A stretch of 64,000 bases of DNA from Octopus sinensis. Taxonomy: Eukaryota. The number at the start of each line of letters is the position of its first letter. Within the stretch, counting starts at the first letter, position 1. Shown one piece after another: positions 40,660-49,327 of the stretch. A program made the translations under genes and the position numbers. The notes under the pieces were generated by a model, which was not told where the DNA came from, made no database searches, and saw nothing but the letters and a program-made list of their open reading frames with translations. The DNA lies in contig NC_042997.1 in assembly GCF_006345805.1 (NCBI RefSeq), positions 22,692,001-22,756,000 of the forward strand, written 5' to 3'.

Positions 40660-42206
40660 GTATGTGCGTGTGTACATGTTAGTGTGTCTGTGTTTGTTCC
40701 CCCAACATCGCTTGACAACCAATGCTGATGTGTTTACGTCCCCGTAACTTAGCGGTTTGGCAAAAGGGGACCAATAGAATAAGTACTAAACTTACAAAGA
40801 ATAAGTCCTGAGGTCGATTTGCTCAACTAAAGGCGGTGCTCCAGCATGGCCACAGTCCAATTGACTGAAACAAGTAAAAGAGTAAAAGAGATGCAGCTTG
40901 CCACACCTACCCTACAATGCAATTCTAAAAATAGCAATCACATCATCAAATTCTTGAATCTACAATCTAATGCATGATTAATTCAAAGCAATGTGAATTC
41001 ATATGCATTACATTTGGCAGAGTAATCTGAATGCTAAAGGGTTAAATAAGATTCTCTCTGATCATTAAGTCAGAATATTTTATGTATGCTTTTAAAAAAA
41101 TTATATCTAATTCAAGTTTATAGAAGCTAACAAAATTTTTCAAGGCATAGGAATGGCTGTGTGGTAAGTAGCTTGCTTACAAACCACATGGTTCCGGGTT
41201 CAGTCCCACTGCATGGCACCTTGGACAAGTGTCTTCTACTATAGCCTTGGGCCGACCAAAGCCTTGTCAGTGGATTTGGTAGACGGAAACTGAAAGAAGC
41301 CTGTCAATTATATATGTATATATATGTATATATGTGCGCGTGTGTATATGTTTGTGTGTCTGTGTTTGTCCCCACCAACATTGCTTGACAACCGATGCTG
41401 GTGTGTTTACGTCCCCGTAACTTAGCGGTTCGGCAAAAGAGACTGATAGAATAAGTACTAGGCTTACATAGAATAAGTCCTGGGGTCGATTTGCTCGACT
41501 GAAGGCGGTGCTCCAGCATGGCCACAGTCAAATGACTGAAACAAGTAAAGAGTAAATATGTGATAGTTTCAAACAAATGAAATATTTTGTCAATTAAACT
41601 TTAAGCAGATAAAGTTAATAGTTCAGCCATTAAAAAACTAATTATTTCACATAAACAAAATATTTTGTGTATGGGGAGAGTCATTATGCCAATATAATTG
41701 ACACATACTAGTTCAATTCCACTTCTTTATTATTAGGCAATTGGTTAAATATCCAACTAACTAATTTGTTTTGTTTTTGTTTGAAAAGGTAGCAAGTAGC
41801 AACGAAAGAACTTTGACAAGCAAAAATAAATAGAAAAATAAAAATTAGTTAGTTGGACATTTAACCAATTGATTAATGATAAAGGAGTGGAATTGAACCA
41901 GCATAATGACTCTCTCTAGACACAACAAAATTTGTTTCAACACACAAATTCACATAAAGAATCTTACAAACTAGCTACAAAAACAAAGTAAAATATTTTC
42001 TTCCTTTTTTTTAATAGTTATAATCTAAGAAAGTAAAATGAATCCATTTCACCTTATAGGTCGCTCGTCGCAGTTGGTCAGGTAATTTGAAGGCTCGAGA
42101 GACAATTAAGCTGACCATGAAGGACAACCCATGTCTTCAAGTGACGATACCATACAGCACTGAAGATGATTCCATGATTGAAAATGTACTAAAAACAGTT
42201 ACATAA
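134..42206 (+). CDS. UROC1: Urocanate hydratase (eukaryotic type), 5'-incomplete, 18 coding exons in window
   Basis: Manual splicing of exons 134-262, 2624-2685, 3590-3656, 5372-5428, 7672-7758, 11416-11567, 13272-13380, 15234-15304, 16378-16475, 19247-19355, 21529-21617, 23424-23494, 27091-27189, 30236-30335, 32999-33080, 37567-37615, 39240-39290, 42060-42206 gives 1629 nt with matching phases and GT-AG sites. Urocanase motifs: YGQMTAGSYCYIGPQGIVHGT, GLGGMSGAQAKA, GSDQTSCHNP, FWDYGNAFL, SRDHHDVSGTDSPFRETSNIYDGS, HNGGGVGWGE. Confidence 0.97.
1482..1597 (-). mobile_element. Penelope/retrozyme-like fragment with a degenerate minimal hammerhead between 29-bp inverted repeats
   Basis: Arms 1482-1510 and 1569-1597; the minus strand reads aTGATGA-A-GGCTG-gagagtattt-CAGTC-aAAA-CGT-T-GTGTT; same family as 50641-50857. 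Confidence 0.65.
2624..2685 (+). CDS. UROC1: UROC1 exon: MIPNYSSKEIYDKLFALGVT(M)
   Basis: tattag acceptor; gtgagt donor; phase 0 to 2. Confidence 0.93.
3590..3656 (+). CDS. UROC1: UROC1 exon: (M)YGQMTAGSYCYIGPQGIVHGTT
   Basis: ttccaag acceptor; gtaagt donor; highly conserved urocanase motif. Confidence 0.97.
5372..5428 (+). CDS. UROC1: UROC1 exon: LTLLNAARMYLKTDDLSGK
   Basis: ttttag acceptor; gtaaga donor; 19 codons. Confidence 0.94.
6510..6850 (-). mobile_element. Degraded R4/Dong-like (RLE-type) non-LTR retrotransposon fragment
   Basis: Minus strand gives ETGTHSVAECPKLVQGEYKKWRHDQVVKVLHWKL and a decayed KILW..IQ.DKKLEN region, typical of the zinc-knuckle/RHD/RLE C-terminus. Confidence 0.7.
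7303..7619. mobile_element. Fold-back (MITE-like) element, ~135-bp imperfect arms
   Basis: 7303-7440 is the reverse complement of about 7481-7619 (e.g. ccaaagttctttcatc / gatgaaagaactttgac); related copy at 41663-41929. Confidence 0.8.
7672..7758 (+). CDS. UROC1: UROC1 exon: VFVTSGLGGMSGAQAKAAVIAGCVGVVAE (NAD-binding motif)
   Basis: ccaacag acceptor; gtaggt donor; 29 codons. Confidence 0.97.
9244..9910 (+). repeat. Tandem array of 11 units of 61-63 bp with two unit types (A B A A A B A B A B A)
   Basis: Units start at gccagc 9251, 9312, 9374, 9436, 9498, 9559, 9621, 9682, 9745, 9806, 9867; shared core gtaaaagcacc. Confidence 0.95.
9867..10080 (+). mobile_element. RTE-type 3' tail ending in (GAT)n
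   Basis: gtaaaaagcacccactacactc..ggagtggttggcgttaggaagggcatccagc..ccaacccatgctagcatgg..(gat)n; recurs at about 15895-16092, 17640-17815, 24283-24473 and 47270-47437. Confidence 0.75.
10728..11395 (+). mobile_element. 3' fragment of an R4/Dong-like non-LTR retrotransposon with (AAT)n/(AAC)n tail
   Basis: CRLCNDRLERIDHIVAGCPVLA..YKTRRDQV..ILWDYGIHTDREINVNGPDIVIKD..LIDMTVP..KYKDL..TAHILGKFLS with frameshifts: CCHC knuckle plus PD..D endonuclease. Confidence 0.85.
11416..11567 (+). CDS. UROC1: UROC1 exon: VDKNALIKRYKQGW...IGYHGNVVDL(W)
   Basis: ttacag acceptor; gtaata donor; phase 0 to 2. Confidence 0.96.
12259..12654. mobile_element. MITE-like element with ~80-bp terminal inverted repeats enclosing (CA)n
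   Basis: 12259-12342 pairs with 12575-12654; both outer ends are CACGTG; (CA)n at about 12410-12483. Confidence 0.7.
12817..13205 (+). mobile_element. tRNA-derived bipartite SINE, family A
   Basis: Head ggcgcaggagtggctgtgtggtaag with A-box and B-box ggttcagtcc; internal (TA)n(TG)n; tail gactgaaacaagtaaa. Confidence 0.88.
13272..13380 (+). CDS. UROC1: UROC1 exon: (W)DRLITEYENTAELLVDLGSDQTSCHNPFAGGYYPMQ
   Basis: atttag acceptor; gtataa donor. Confidence 0.96.
13489..13676. mobile_element. hAT/Charlie-type MITE (188 bp)
   Basis: TIR CAGGGGTCCCCAAACT...ACTTTGGCGATCCCTG; 8-bp TSD atctatat/atctgtat. Confidence 0.85.
14001..14401 (+). mobile_element. Dimeric SINE, family B, with 12-bp TSD
   Basis: actttgcttgta at 13989-14000 and 14402-14413; head aggtggcgagctggcagaaacg; B-box gagttcaaattcc occurs in both monomers (gagttcagattc in the second). 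Confidence 0.85.
14620..14843. mobile_element. piggyBac-type MITE, family 1
   Basis: CCCTTTAGCATT...AATGCTAAAGGG with TTAA flanks; other copies at 16103-16316, 61004-61227 and partial at about 40900-41045. Confidence 0.8.
14886..15111. mobile_element. piggyBac-type MITE, family 2
   Basis: TTAA-CCCTTTCGTTAC...GTAACAAAAGTG-TTAA; second copy at 39486-39715. Confidence 0.78.
15234..15304 (+). CDS. UROC1: UROC1 exon: ITFEESQILMHEDPEKFCQLVQE(T)
   Basis: long T tract plus caacag acceptor; gtaaaa donor; phase 0 to 2. Confidence 0.92.
16378..16475 (+). CDS. UROC1: UROC1 exon: LRHHVKALNKLSDQGMFFWDYGNAFLLEADHA(G)
   Basis: taacag acceptor; gtataa donor. Confidence 0.96.
17150..17815 (+). mobile_element. 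RTE LINE ORF C-terminus plus modular 3' UTR
   Basis: Decayed GRPRKT.DKLVKNDL.TLGL.EAMT motif, repeated UTR modules, then the (GAT)n tail. Confidence 0.75.
17973..18772 (-). mobile_element. Non-autonomous Helitron (800 bp)
   Basis: Minus strand: A|TCTCTCTATATATAAA...(TGTC/TG)n...CCCGGGCAACGCCGGG hairpin, 8 nt, CTAG|T. Confidence 0.88.
19247..19355 (+). CDS. UROC1: UROC1 exon: (G)ADVGKCETMCGTKFRYPSYVQDIMGDIFSLGFGPF(R)
   Basis: attaag acceptor; gtattt donor. Confidence 0.96.
20380..21300 (+). mobile_element. Degraded maT (DD37D-type) transposase remnant interrupted by a SINE
   Basis: IWFSNEKNFC, VKLWLERFAVGRPY..WQQD, SQKWLLENFYEF, DYYVWGVVE motifs across frameshifts. Confidence 0.75.
20801..21031 (-). 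mobile_element. SINE family B with 17-bp TSD
   Basis: taatccctctgattata at 20784-20800 and 21032-21048. Confidence 0.9.
21529..21617 (+). CDS. UROC1: UROC1 exon: (R)WVCTSGDKEDLEKTDMIAASILEKIASKT
   Basis: attaag acceptor; gtaagt donor. Confidence 0.95.
23424..23494 (+). CDS. UROC1: UROC1 exon: (S)SAVVREQYKDNIRWIKEAGQHKM
   Basis: ttacag acceptor; gtatgg donor. Confidence 0.95.
23990..24200 (+). mobile_element. Penelope-like terminal remnant with degenerate minimal hammerhead (24063-24097)
   Basis: GTTT-CTGcCGA-A-GAGC-tcc-aCTC-GAAA-CaT-T-AAAC; flanked by (TA)n. Confidence 0.6.
26252..26530. repeat. 279-bp near-perfect palindrome (~137-bp arms, ~4-nt loop)
   Basis: Centre ctagcaaaaa-taat-ttttttgctag; arms pair out to attaaaat/attttaat. 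Confidence 0.92.
27091..27189 (+). CDS. UROC1: UROC1 exon: VVGSQARILYADQNGRSQIALEFNKAVKEGKLK
   Basis: atatag acceptor; gtaggt donor; 33 codons. Confidence 0.96.
27322..27473. repeat. Interrupted (TCT)n microsatellite
   Basis: Direct reading. Other long SSRs: (CT)n 4724-4813, (TACA)n 19639-19750, (AAT)n 10105-10152 and 31470-31510. Confidence 0.95.
29257..29821 (+). mobile_element. Internally deleted mariner (non-autonomous), copy 1
   Basis: TA-TTGGGTTGTCC..GGACAACCCAA-TA; retains an MEDKK start and WDVLPHPPYSPDIAPSDFHLFRSLQN. Confidence 0.92.
30236..30335 (+). CDS. UROC1: UROC1 exon: GPVVISRDHHDVSGTDSPFRETSNIYDGSALCA(D)
   Basis: ctgtag acceptor; gtaagt donor. Confidence 0.97.
30960..31265 (+). 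mobile_element. CR1-type LINE 3' fragment with (ACTA)n tail
   Basis: RRRGAFSVRVADPWNKLPDEMVKMPTTALFKASLDLKWPELFT*. Confidence 0.82.
31470..31890 (-). mobile_element. CR1-type LINE 3' fragment with (ATT)n tail
   Basis: ORF 31572-31817: SNTRGHAYKVRKQ...RKHFFTLRVAEAWNKLPASVVDCYDTASFK. Confidence 0.85.
32296..32710 (+). mobile_element. SINE family A, full length
   Basis: Same head, body and tail as 12817; preceded by a partial copy at about 32113-32270 and followed by a 3' half at about 32720-32930. Confidence 0.88.
32999..33080 (+). CDS. UROC1: UROC1 exon: (D)MAIQNVIGDSFRGATWVSIHNGGGVG(W)
   Basis: acacag acceptor; gtatgt donor. Confidence 0.97.
33985..34226 (+). mobile_element. SINE family B with 12-bp TSD
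   Basis: gattagctccta at 33973-33984 and 34227-34238. Confidence 0.88.
34807..35090 (+). mobile_element. SINE family A, 3'-truncated
   Basis: Head and internal (TG)n present; tail missing. Confidence 0.82.
35330..35745 (+). mobile_element. 5' mariner fragment cut by a Helitron
   Basis: MSVEKIAIRTILCYLWKKGLNAKVVAKEIQEV...QNWFRHFKEGNTSLEDKPRS (HTH region). Confidence 0.8.
35746..37418 (+). mobile_element. Non-autonomous Helitron (1673 bp) with internal duplications and an unidentified insert
   Basis: A|TCTATAATATAAAAG...CACGGGCAACGCCGGG, 8 nt, TTAG|T. Confidence 0.82.
37567..37615 (+). CDS. UROC1: UROC1 exon: (W)GEVTNGGFGLMLDGSD
   Basis: tcacag acceptor; gtaaat donor. Confidence 0.94.
39240..39290 (+). 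CDS. UROC1: UROC1 exon: RAENQARTMLAWDVSNG
   Basis: tgacag acceptor; gtaaga donor; 17 codons. Confidence 0.93.
39968..41556 (+). mobile_element. Cluster of three SINE family A copies (about 39968-40385, 40436-40890, 41144-41556)
   Basis: Three near-identical heads, bodies and tails in the last UROC1 intron. Confidence 0.88.
41663..41929. mobile_element. Fold-back element related to 7303-7619
   Basis: Arms about 41663-41767 and 41842-41929; shares gaaagaactttgacaa and the outer flank with the 7.3-kb copy. Confidence 0.75.
42060..42206 (+). CDS. UROC1: UROC1 terminal exon: VARRSWSGNLKARETIKLTM...ENVLKTVT*
   Basis: ttatag acceptor; TAA at 42204-42206; ATTAAA at 42239-42244 is a possible polyA signal. 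Confidence 0.96.
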   Translation, partial: VARRSWSGNLKARETIKLTMKDNPCLQVTIPYSTEDDSMIENVLKTVT

Positions 42207-42641
42207 ATCAATATTTTCTGGTTTCAACCAAAAATAGAATTAAAGAACAGAAATGTCTCTTAAAAGGAATGTTTGTTAAAATATATTGATAGTAAATCAA
42301 GATTTTTCTCAAATATGTCAAAGATAGTTTAACTAAAATCAAATTAAAAAGGAAAATGAAATTTCTCTAGTTATTGGAAATAGAAGTTGATAAATTTTCT
42401 ACTTTATTGCAAACAATATGTGTTGGCTTTATTTACATTTTGACCAAATGTTTACATGTATAATACTATAAAATGATATAGTAATATGGTTGTGTGCTTA
42501 AGATGCTAAGTTACCAACTATGCAGTTTCAGGTTCAGTCCTAATGCATGGTACCTTAGGTAAATTTCTTTTTGTAGGCTCTGGGCCTATTAAAATTTTGT
42601 GAGTGGATTTGGTAGATAGAAACTGAAAGAAGTTTATCATA

Positions 42642-44557
42642 CAGGGTGCCCATAAATTACCTTTGCAATTTGAAACATTCAGAAAAAATGAAAAATAAAG
42701 GTAACTCAACAGAGTTTATTGGAAAGCATAGGCAAACAAATAAAGTTTTATTAGAAACATCAAGGCCAAGTGGTTCTGCTTCCTCACTGAGTGAAAAGAG
42801 AGTACTCTTTAAGACATCCAGAGACTAAGCAAGAATAACTGCATCATCAGCAAAATCTAGATCTGTAATCCTAGTTTCACCAATGAGTTTACCACAACTC
42901 AATTAAGCCACCATTCAGCCAAGTATTCAATCTATGCAGGCATTCAACAAAGTGGGAGAGAAGTTGGACCCCAGATCTAAATAGGAAAAAGTCCTGATAC
43001 TGAGCCCCCAATCCAAACTGCACTAACTGTTCCAGTATACAAGGCCATCATCAACCCAATCAGTTGAGGAGATATACCTCACAGCTCTAGATTCCTCTAA
43101 AGCACATACCTATCCACTGAGTCAAACACCTTGCAGAGGTCACCATAGACTGAAAATAGCCCTGCCAAAAGCTTCATTTGCATTTAACAAGTACACAAAG
43201 AGCCATGATCCTGTCAGTTGTTGACCTCTTTTGGCATGAACCCTGACTGCTCCAACTACTGAGATGCAAGTCAATGATTTCACACTCTGTTAAGGATGAC
43301 TCTGGCAAAGACCTTACTGGGCATTGAGAAGAGTACAACAGCCCTATAGTTGTTGCAGTTGTGGATGTCACCTTTGCCTTTCCAGTGGGGATTATTATGC
43401 CTCTGATCCGGTCAGACAGTATTGTGCCACTGCTCCAGATTGAGTAGATTATCTGCCAGAAGAACAAGACTGCAGCAGGCCCACCTTTCTTGATCATTTC
43501 CCCAAGGAAGCCACAAACACCAGCCACCTTCCTGTCTTTCAGCTGATTTACTGCCATACAAACCTCTTCTTCGGATGGCAGATCACAACTGACTGGCTGG
43601 TCAGTCACCAGTGCTAAAGGTATCATGGTATTCAGCTCAGTACTATGTGGGTCCACTTAATACACTCAAACTATGATGTCCAGTGAGCTACCACCTTGGG
43701 TTCCTCCATCAGAAGTGTGCCATCAGAGTCTAAGACTCCAGTTCAGCAAGTGGGTTGCTTCACAGGATTAAGGGTTACCATTTGTTGGATTTCATATCCA
43801 ACTCTACTCAGATGTATACTGTAACATGATTCTGGAGCACCTGCGCAGGCTGCTTGGCAATGTTGTTCAATTTTCTGAGTTAGACCCTACTTACTCTTAG
43901 CTAAAAGATCCAGTTGGGTTGACTGCTTGTGCTGGTTGACCACATGCCACATGGTCATAGCAGATGAAGAGGTATCTTGCAGAGATGGAGACTGATTAGG
44001 ATTCTACTTGACAAGTCACTCAGGAGGACCCAGGAATATACAAATGGAGATTGCAGCAACACACTACAACGGTGCATTCCCCACACCTGACCTGAGAAAT
44101 ATCAGAACACTGCCACATTGACTCCATTGGTTACACACAACATGTCTAAATGATACTAAATTTCTAATCGTCAGTGTTAGAGCATCCCCTCATCAATGTT
44201 GAGTATAACTTGATGTACTTTTTCTTTGAGACTGCTGGGGTTTTGAACTTGTGTACAATAGACTTTGTCTTTAATGTAGCTCCATAAGAAGCTTAGAGGG
44301 GTTATATCTAGAGACCTAGGTGACCAAGTAACTGGGCTTCCTCTTCCAATCGACCAGTTTGGGTTAGGGTTAGTTTCATTAGGTTTCATTAAGAAACTCT
44401 TGAACACTCGACCCCAATTGGGTGGCACATCATCTTGGCGGAAAATAATTGCCGGTTGCAAGTGGCACATTTAACATGCAAAGAAGTTGATTGATGGATC
44501 TCAACTTTAATAGATACAATAAATTGTATAAGTTGTAAAGATAATTTATGGACATAC
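42642..44557 (-). mobile_element. Internally deleted Tc1/mariner element (DD41D-like remnant) enclosing an RTE segment
   Basis: TA-CAGGGTGCCCATAAATTACCTTTGCAA at 42640 pairs with tgtccataaattatctttacaa (rc of about 44533-44554); ORF 44177-44470 RQDDVPPNW..SIGRGSPVTWSPRSLDITPL.FLWSYIKDKVY. Confidence 0.7.
42770..43660 (-). mobile_element. Degraded RTE-clade reverse transcriptase segment
   Basis: KVAGVCGFLGEMIKKGG..GIIIP.GK, then ITDLDFADDAVIL and LSEEAEPLGL. Confidence 0.85.
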
Positions 44558-44566
44558 ATACATATA

Positions 44567-46005
44567 CAGAAGTGGCCGTAATATAAGGGTCAGTAAAAAC
44601 AAGTGTACTGAAATATTTATTATAGAAGATTAACAAAATGTTGAGACTAGACATTTTACATATATCTAATATCTATCTTTCATGAAAATTTCAAGTGAAT
44701 GGAATAAATATTTCGTAAGTTATAAGGAAATAAACAAATAATCTTCCAGAATACAATGGCCAAATGTTAAGAGTCACTTAGAAAAACAATGAAAAATGGA
44801 ACAAGAACTAAAAAGAAACCTTTACTATTAATATTTTGTGAAAAACCCTTTACTATCAATGACCTCCTGAAATCTGGTATCACAGGGCTAAATTAATTTC
44901 TTGCAAAATGATGGAGTGATGTTGTTCCATTCATTTTTCTATAATACCCAGAGTTCATCTTTGTTCTTTGAATTTCTCCTTTCCACCCCATCTCCAACAA
45001 TCTTCCAAACATTTTCTACAGGGTTGAGATTGGGACTTTGAGGTGGCCAGTCTATGAGATAAACCCCTTCATCATTCAAAAAATCTTTGACTCTCTTTGC
45101 AGTCTGATAGGGAGCATTGTCCTGCATGAAGATAGGAGGTTGAACTGACAAGGATCAGAGATATGGAAGGGCATGCTGTTTAAGAATCTGTTTGTAGATT
45201 TCAGCATTGACAGCCCTTTGTAGGTGAATAAGTGGACCAGGACCAGCAACAGAGATCACTCCCCATACCATTACACTGCCTCTTTCATATTTCACTGTCT
45301 TCTTCACACATGCACAAAATAACTTTTTGCCACTTCTTCATTGGATGGACATCCCACCATCAGAACCAATCACATTTAACTTCAATTCATCACCAAAACG
45401 AACCTGCAATCAGTTCTTCTGTCCAAATAACATATTTATGAGCGAAACAAAGACAGGCTCTTTGATTCTTCTTGGAGATCAGAGGTTTTTTTGTCGCTGT
45501 CCAAGCAAGCAACCCAGAACCTCATAACTTCCGAGTTGTGTGATACATTGACATTGGAAATGGAGCTAAACTCACTGAATATCTCAGCAGCACTCTTAAA
45601 CCTATCCTTCAGTGACATTCTAACCATAATATGATCTTTGGTGAAGTTTTGCAAGGTCTACCTGTTTGGGGTTTAGCATCTGTCGATCCTGATGATTTAA
45701 AACGAGCTACAATTCGCTGCACAACACTTTTAGACTTTCCTACAGAATTTGCTATCACAGAATTTGACTTAGCCTCTTGGTGAAGGCACACAATCCTTTG
45801 TTTTTCACAGGACACTGGTTGTCTCCCACAAGCTGCTGTTGACAGTTGAATGTTTCCTCATAACTTATGAAATATCTATTCCATTCACTTGAAATCTTCA
45901 CTAAAGGCAGAGATTAGATATATCTAAATATATCTAGTCTCAATGTGTTGTCAATCTTCTATAATAGCTATTTCAATACACTTGTTCTTACTGACCCTGA
46001 TATTA
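44567..46005 (-). mobile_element. Tc1-family (DD34E) element with ~170-bp TIRs, decayed
   Basis: TA-CAGAAGTGGCC; 44567-44735 pairs with about 45850-46005; N-terminal HTH..GRP; QDNAP-(34)-SPNLNPVE. Confidence 0.88.
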
Positions 46006-46669
46006 GGTGAGTTGATGAAAGGAAGGACATCAGGTTATAGAAAATATGCTTCAATTAATTCTGTCCAACCTATACATGAAAAAATTAGACATTAAAATGA
46101 TAATCCTGATACTCTTCATTATCATCTTACTCATTTAGCATCCACTCTAGCATACTTGCATGGGATGGACAATTTGTCAGGATCTAGTAAACCACAAGGC
46201 TATACGAAGTTTCAATGTCAGCTTGGCATGGTTTCAATGCCCTCTCTAATCCTAATCACTAGACTGGACGCTTTATCATGCCACAAACACTAATGAGGTT
46301 GTGTAACTTGCAAAACAGGAAAAAGTCCCATTGACAAGTTGTTTGAGAGGGGAAGAGGACTTTATGCCTGGTGTTGAGAGTCTAAAGTATGATGGGGGTG
46401 AGGGATAGTTTTATAAGATTAGGATGGAGTAACTGGTATTTTCCACTGGTGTTCTCTGTCGGTTATTCTAACTTCATCCCACAGTGGGAGGTGGTCTTCA
46501 TTTTTCCATACATGACCGGCTAATACTGACAGATTCAGCCCTTAAGTGCCATAGAGTGATGGCTGTTGGGAATGGTGTTAGAAGGGTGAGATGTAGGAAA
46601 TGCTTGATGGGGAAGAGCCTGGCACTTACAAGCATAAACAAAATGTTTTTTTGTATCTCATTTTAGCAG

Positions 46670-46910
46670 TGATAGACAGGTCTTCTTGGGCACAGCAAAT
46701 TACCAATTCTCTGTCATTTGCCATCTCCTCCATGAAGTTCAGCATCTTCAGATTAACCTTCACTATTTCATCCCATGTTTACCATGGTCTCATTCCTCCA
46801 TAAGTTCCATCTATGTTAAGCAGCCATCACCTCTTTATGCTACTGTCCTTATTAATACACATTATGACCAAACCAATGCAGTCATTTCCCTTACACAATA
46901 CATCTGCTTC
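46670..46910 (-). mobile_element. RTE LINE C-terminal fragment
   Basis: Decayed LHWFGH..RPW.TWDEIVKVNLKMLNFMEEMANDRE. Confidence 0.65.
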
Positions 46911-47988
46911 TTCTTACAACTAATTTTTTCTCTCAATGTATTGGCAGTTTGTCATATGATGATGGTAATCACTGTATTTAAAGGGAAAAAATTTGACAAG
47001 TCAGTCAGTCGCCCGCTGACACTCATTGACGCTACATCGAAGAGGCCAGGGAACAGAAAAAAGAAGACACCTCCAAAGGGGGGGGGGGCACCACGTCAAA
47101 ACAGTAGAGGAATAGGGGCCCGAAACCGGACATGGTTTCTCCTGATGATGTCTTGAGCTAACTGGATCCTATAAAGGAACTGTTGTGGTAGCAGACCACG
47201 AAACACAGTTGTAATTCCTCCATACATACAGGCTTGTGTTTTACAGGTGCCAGTGCCATGTAAAATGAACTCATGCCAGTGGCACATGAAAAGTATCCAG
47301 CGTACCCTGTAAAATGGTTGGCATTAGGATGGGCATTCAGCTGTAGAAACCATGCCACAACAGACAATTGGAGCCTGGACAGATCCATGTCAAACTCAGG
47401 CCAGCATGGAAAACGGATGTTAAACAATGATGATGATGTAATTAAATGTAGGTTCTACATTTGATAATAATCTTTCATCTTGATTCAAAATATACTTTGC
47501 ATGAAGACCAGTTAGTAACCAACAGCACTATATTACTAATCTTAAGATAACTAATTAATTCACTTGTAGAAAAAAAACAAATATATTTTCACAAAAATCT
47601 ACATTTCAGAAAGAAATTATTTGATAAAGCAATACCTATTATATTTCCCAAGACCCCACCTTCCTTTTCAAGACTAGGAAATACTTCAGTATTGGTCAGT
47701 TACAGAAACTAAGAAAATAAAACTCATTTCAATAAGTTCAACTACCTATCATTATACTTCAGAACTGCAACCTTCTTAAACTTCCACCTATATTTTTACT
47801 GCAGATGGGTCTACAAATATTCAAAATGAACATTAATTACATCAATCTTATTAGTTGAGCAGAGTTTGCAAAGGACCCAGCCCTTCATCTCTGACTACAG
47901 AATAACAAAAATATTTTTTTTAAATGGCATCAAGTAAATCATATTGCACAGTTGCTGAAAATTAAATACTGTTTGTAAGTGCAGGTAT

Positions 47989-48405
47989 ACTCTTTTACTC
48001 TTTACTCTTTTACTTGTTTCAGTCATTTGACTGCGGCCATGCTGGAGCACCGCCTTCAGTCGAGCAAATCGACCCCGGGACTTATTCTTTGTAAGCCTAG
48101 TACTTATTCTATCGGTCTCTTTTGCCGAACCGCTAAGTGACGGGGACGTAAACACACCAGCATCGGTAGTCAAGCAATGCTAGGGGGACAAACACAGACA
48201 CACAAACATACACACATAAATATATATATATATACATATATACGACAGGCTTCTTTCAGTTTCCGTCTACCAAATCCACTCACAAGGCATTGGTCGGCCC
48301 GGGGCTATAGCAGAAGACACTTGCCCAAGATGCCACGCAGTAGGACTGAACCCGGAACCATGTGGTTGGTTAGCAAGCTACTTACCACACAGCCACTCCT
48401 GCGCC
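47989..48405 (-). mobile_element. SINE family A, full length, minus strand
   Basis: Reverse complement of the family A head (gcgcc at 48401-48405) and (aaagagt)n tail. Confidence 0.9.
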
Positions 48406-49327
48406 TATGGCTGGGTAGTTTGCTTTGCAACTACATTTCCAGGTTCAAGCCTTAGTTTTGATATGGTTTCTACAACTAGATGTCCTTCCTAGCACTAATC
48501 ACTTTACAGAATGTACTGCATGCATTTTCCATGGAATCATCATCATCAAGGAAGTTTTTTTTTTTTTTTCCTCTGGCAAGACTGCAGAGTCTTCTCAACC
48601 CTGCATCATCATCTCAACTTGATTTACCAATGACGTTATGTAAAGTACTTAGCTGGGTTTTTTTTTATACATGGCACCAGCCTTGCAGCTTGTAAAACTG
48701 AAAAACCTCTATGGCTGAAAGGTGAATAGAAGAGAGAGTGACAGCTTCAGGCAAGCTGATGAGAGAGGGAGTAAAGTATAATGGGAACAGGCTTATTGTT
48801 GTGAAATGTTAGTAATGGAGAGAATAAGAGAGGAGACACTGTTGAGAGAGGTGTATAGACAGGACAGAAAAAGAAAAAGATTAATAATAAAAGAAAAGGA
48901 CAGTGTAGTAAGGGTGATGGGATGGGTAGGTAAGAGGATCCAGTTCTATCCCACATTATAAGAGTGAATATAGGTAAAAGATGTGAGAGGAGAGAACATA
49001 AAAGAGTAAAACAGAAAGGGGGGATGAGAACTTGAAGAGGTGCTGTGAGAAGAGGGAGAGATAAGAGGGTGTTGAGGTGGCAGAGAGGAGGACTTAGAGA
49101 CTTTACAGCTTTATATGCTTCAAGATTCACTGCTCCCAAAAAGAATTCACATTTTCTCAAGAGTTTATAAAATTCTTATGATGTCATATATATGGGGTAG
49201 GGTGGGGTGTGGTGAAGAAGTTCACTTCCCTCCCTTGTAAGTTCAGTACCACTGTAAGATGATTTGGACAACAAATGTCTTTACCAAAACCATGGGTAAA
49301 CTAAAAAAGCCCATTATGTACATAATA

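Noticed and set aside
8400-41556. Apparent sense-strand bias of SINE-A copies in UROC1 introns (roughly 11 vs 3)
   Set aside because: Small numbers, and clustered copies are not independent.
47110-47215. CCGAAACCGG and CTGATGATG words
   Set aside because: Order and stems do not give a valid hammerhead; possibly a decayed Penelope end.
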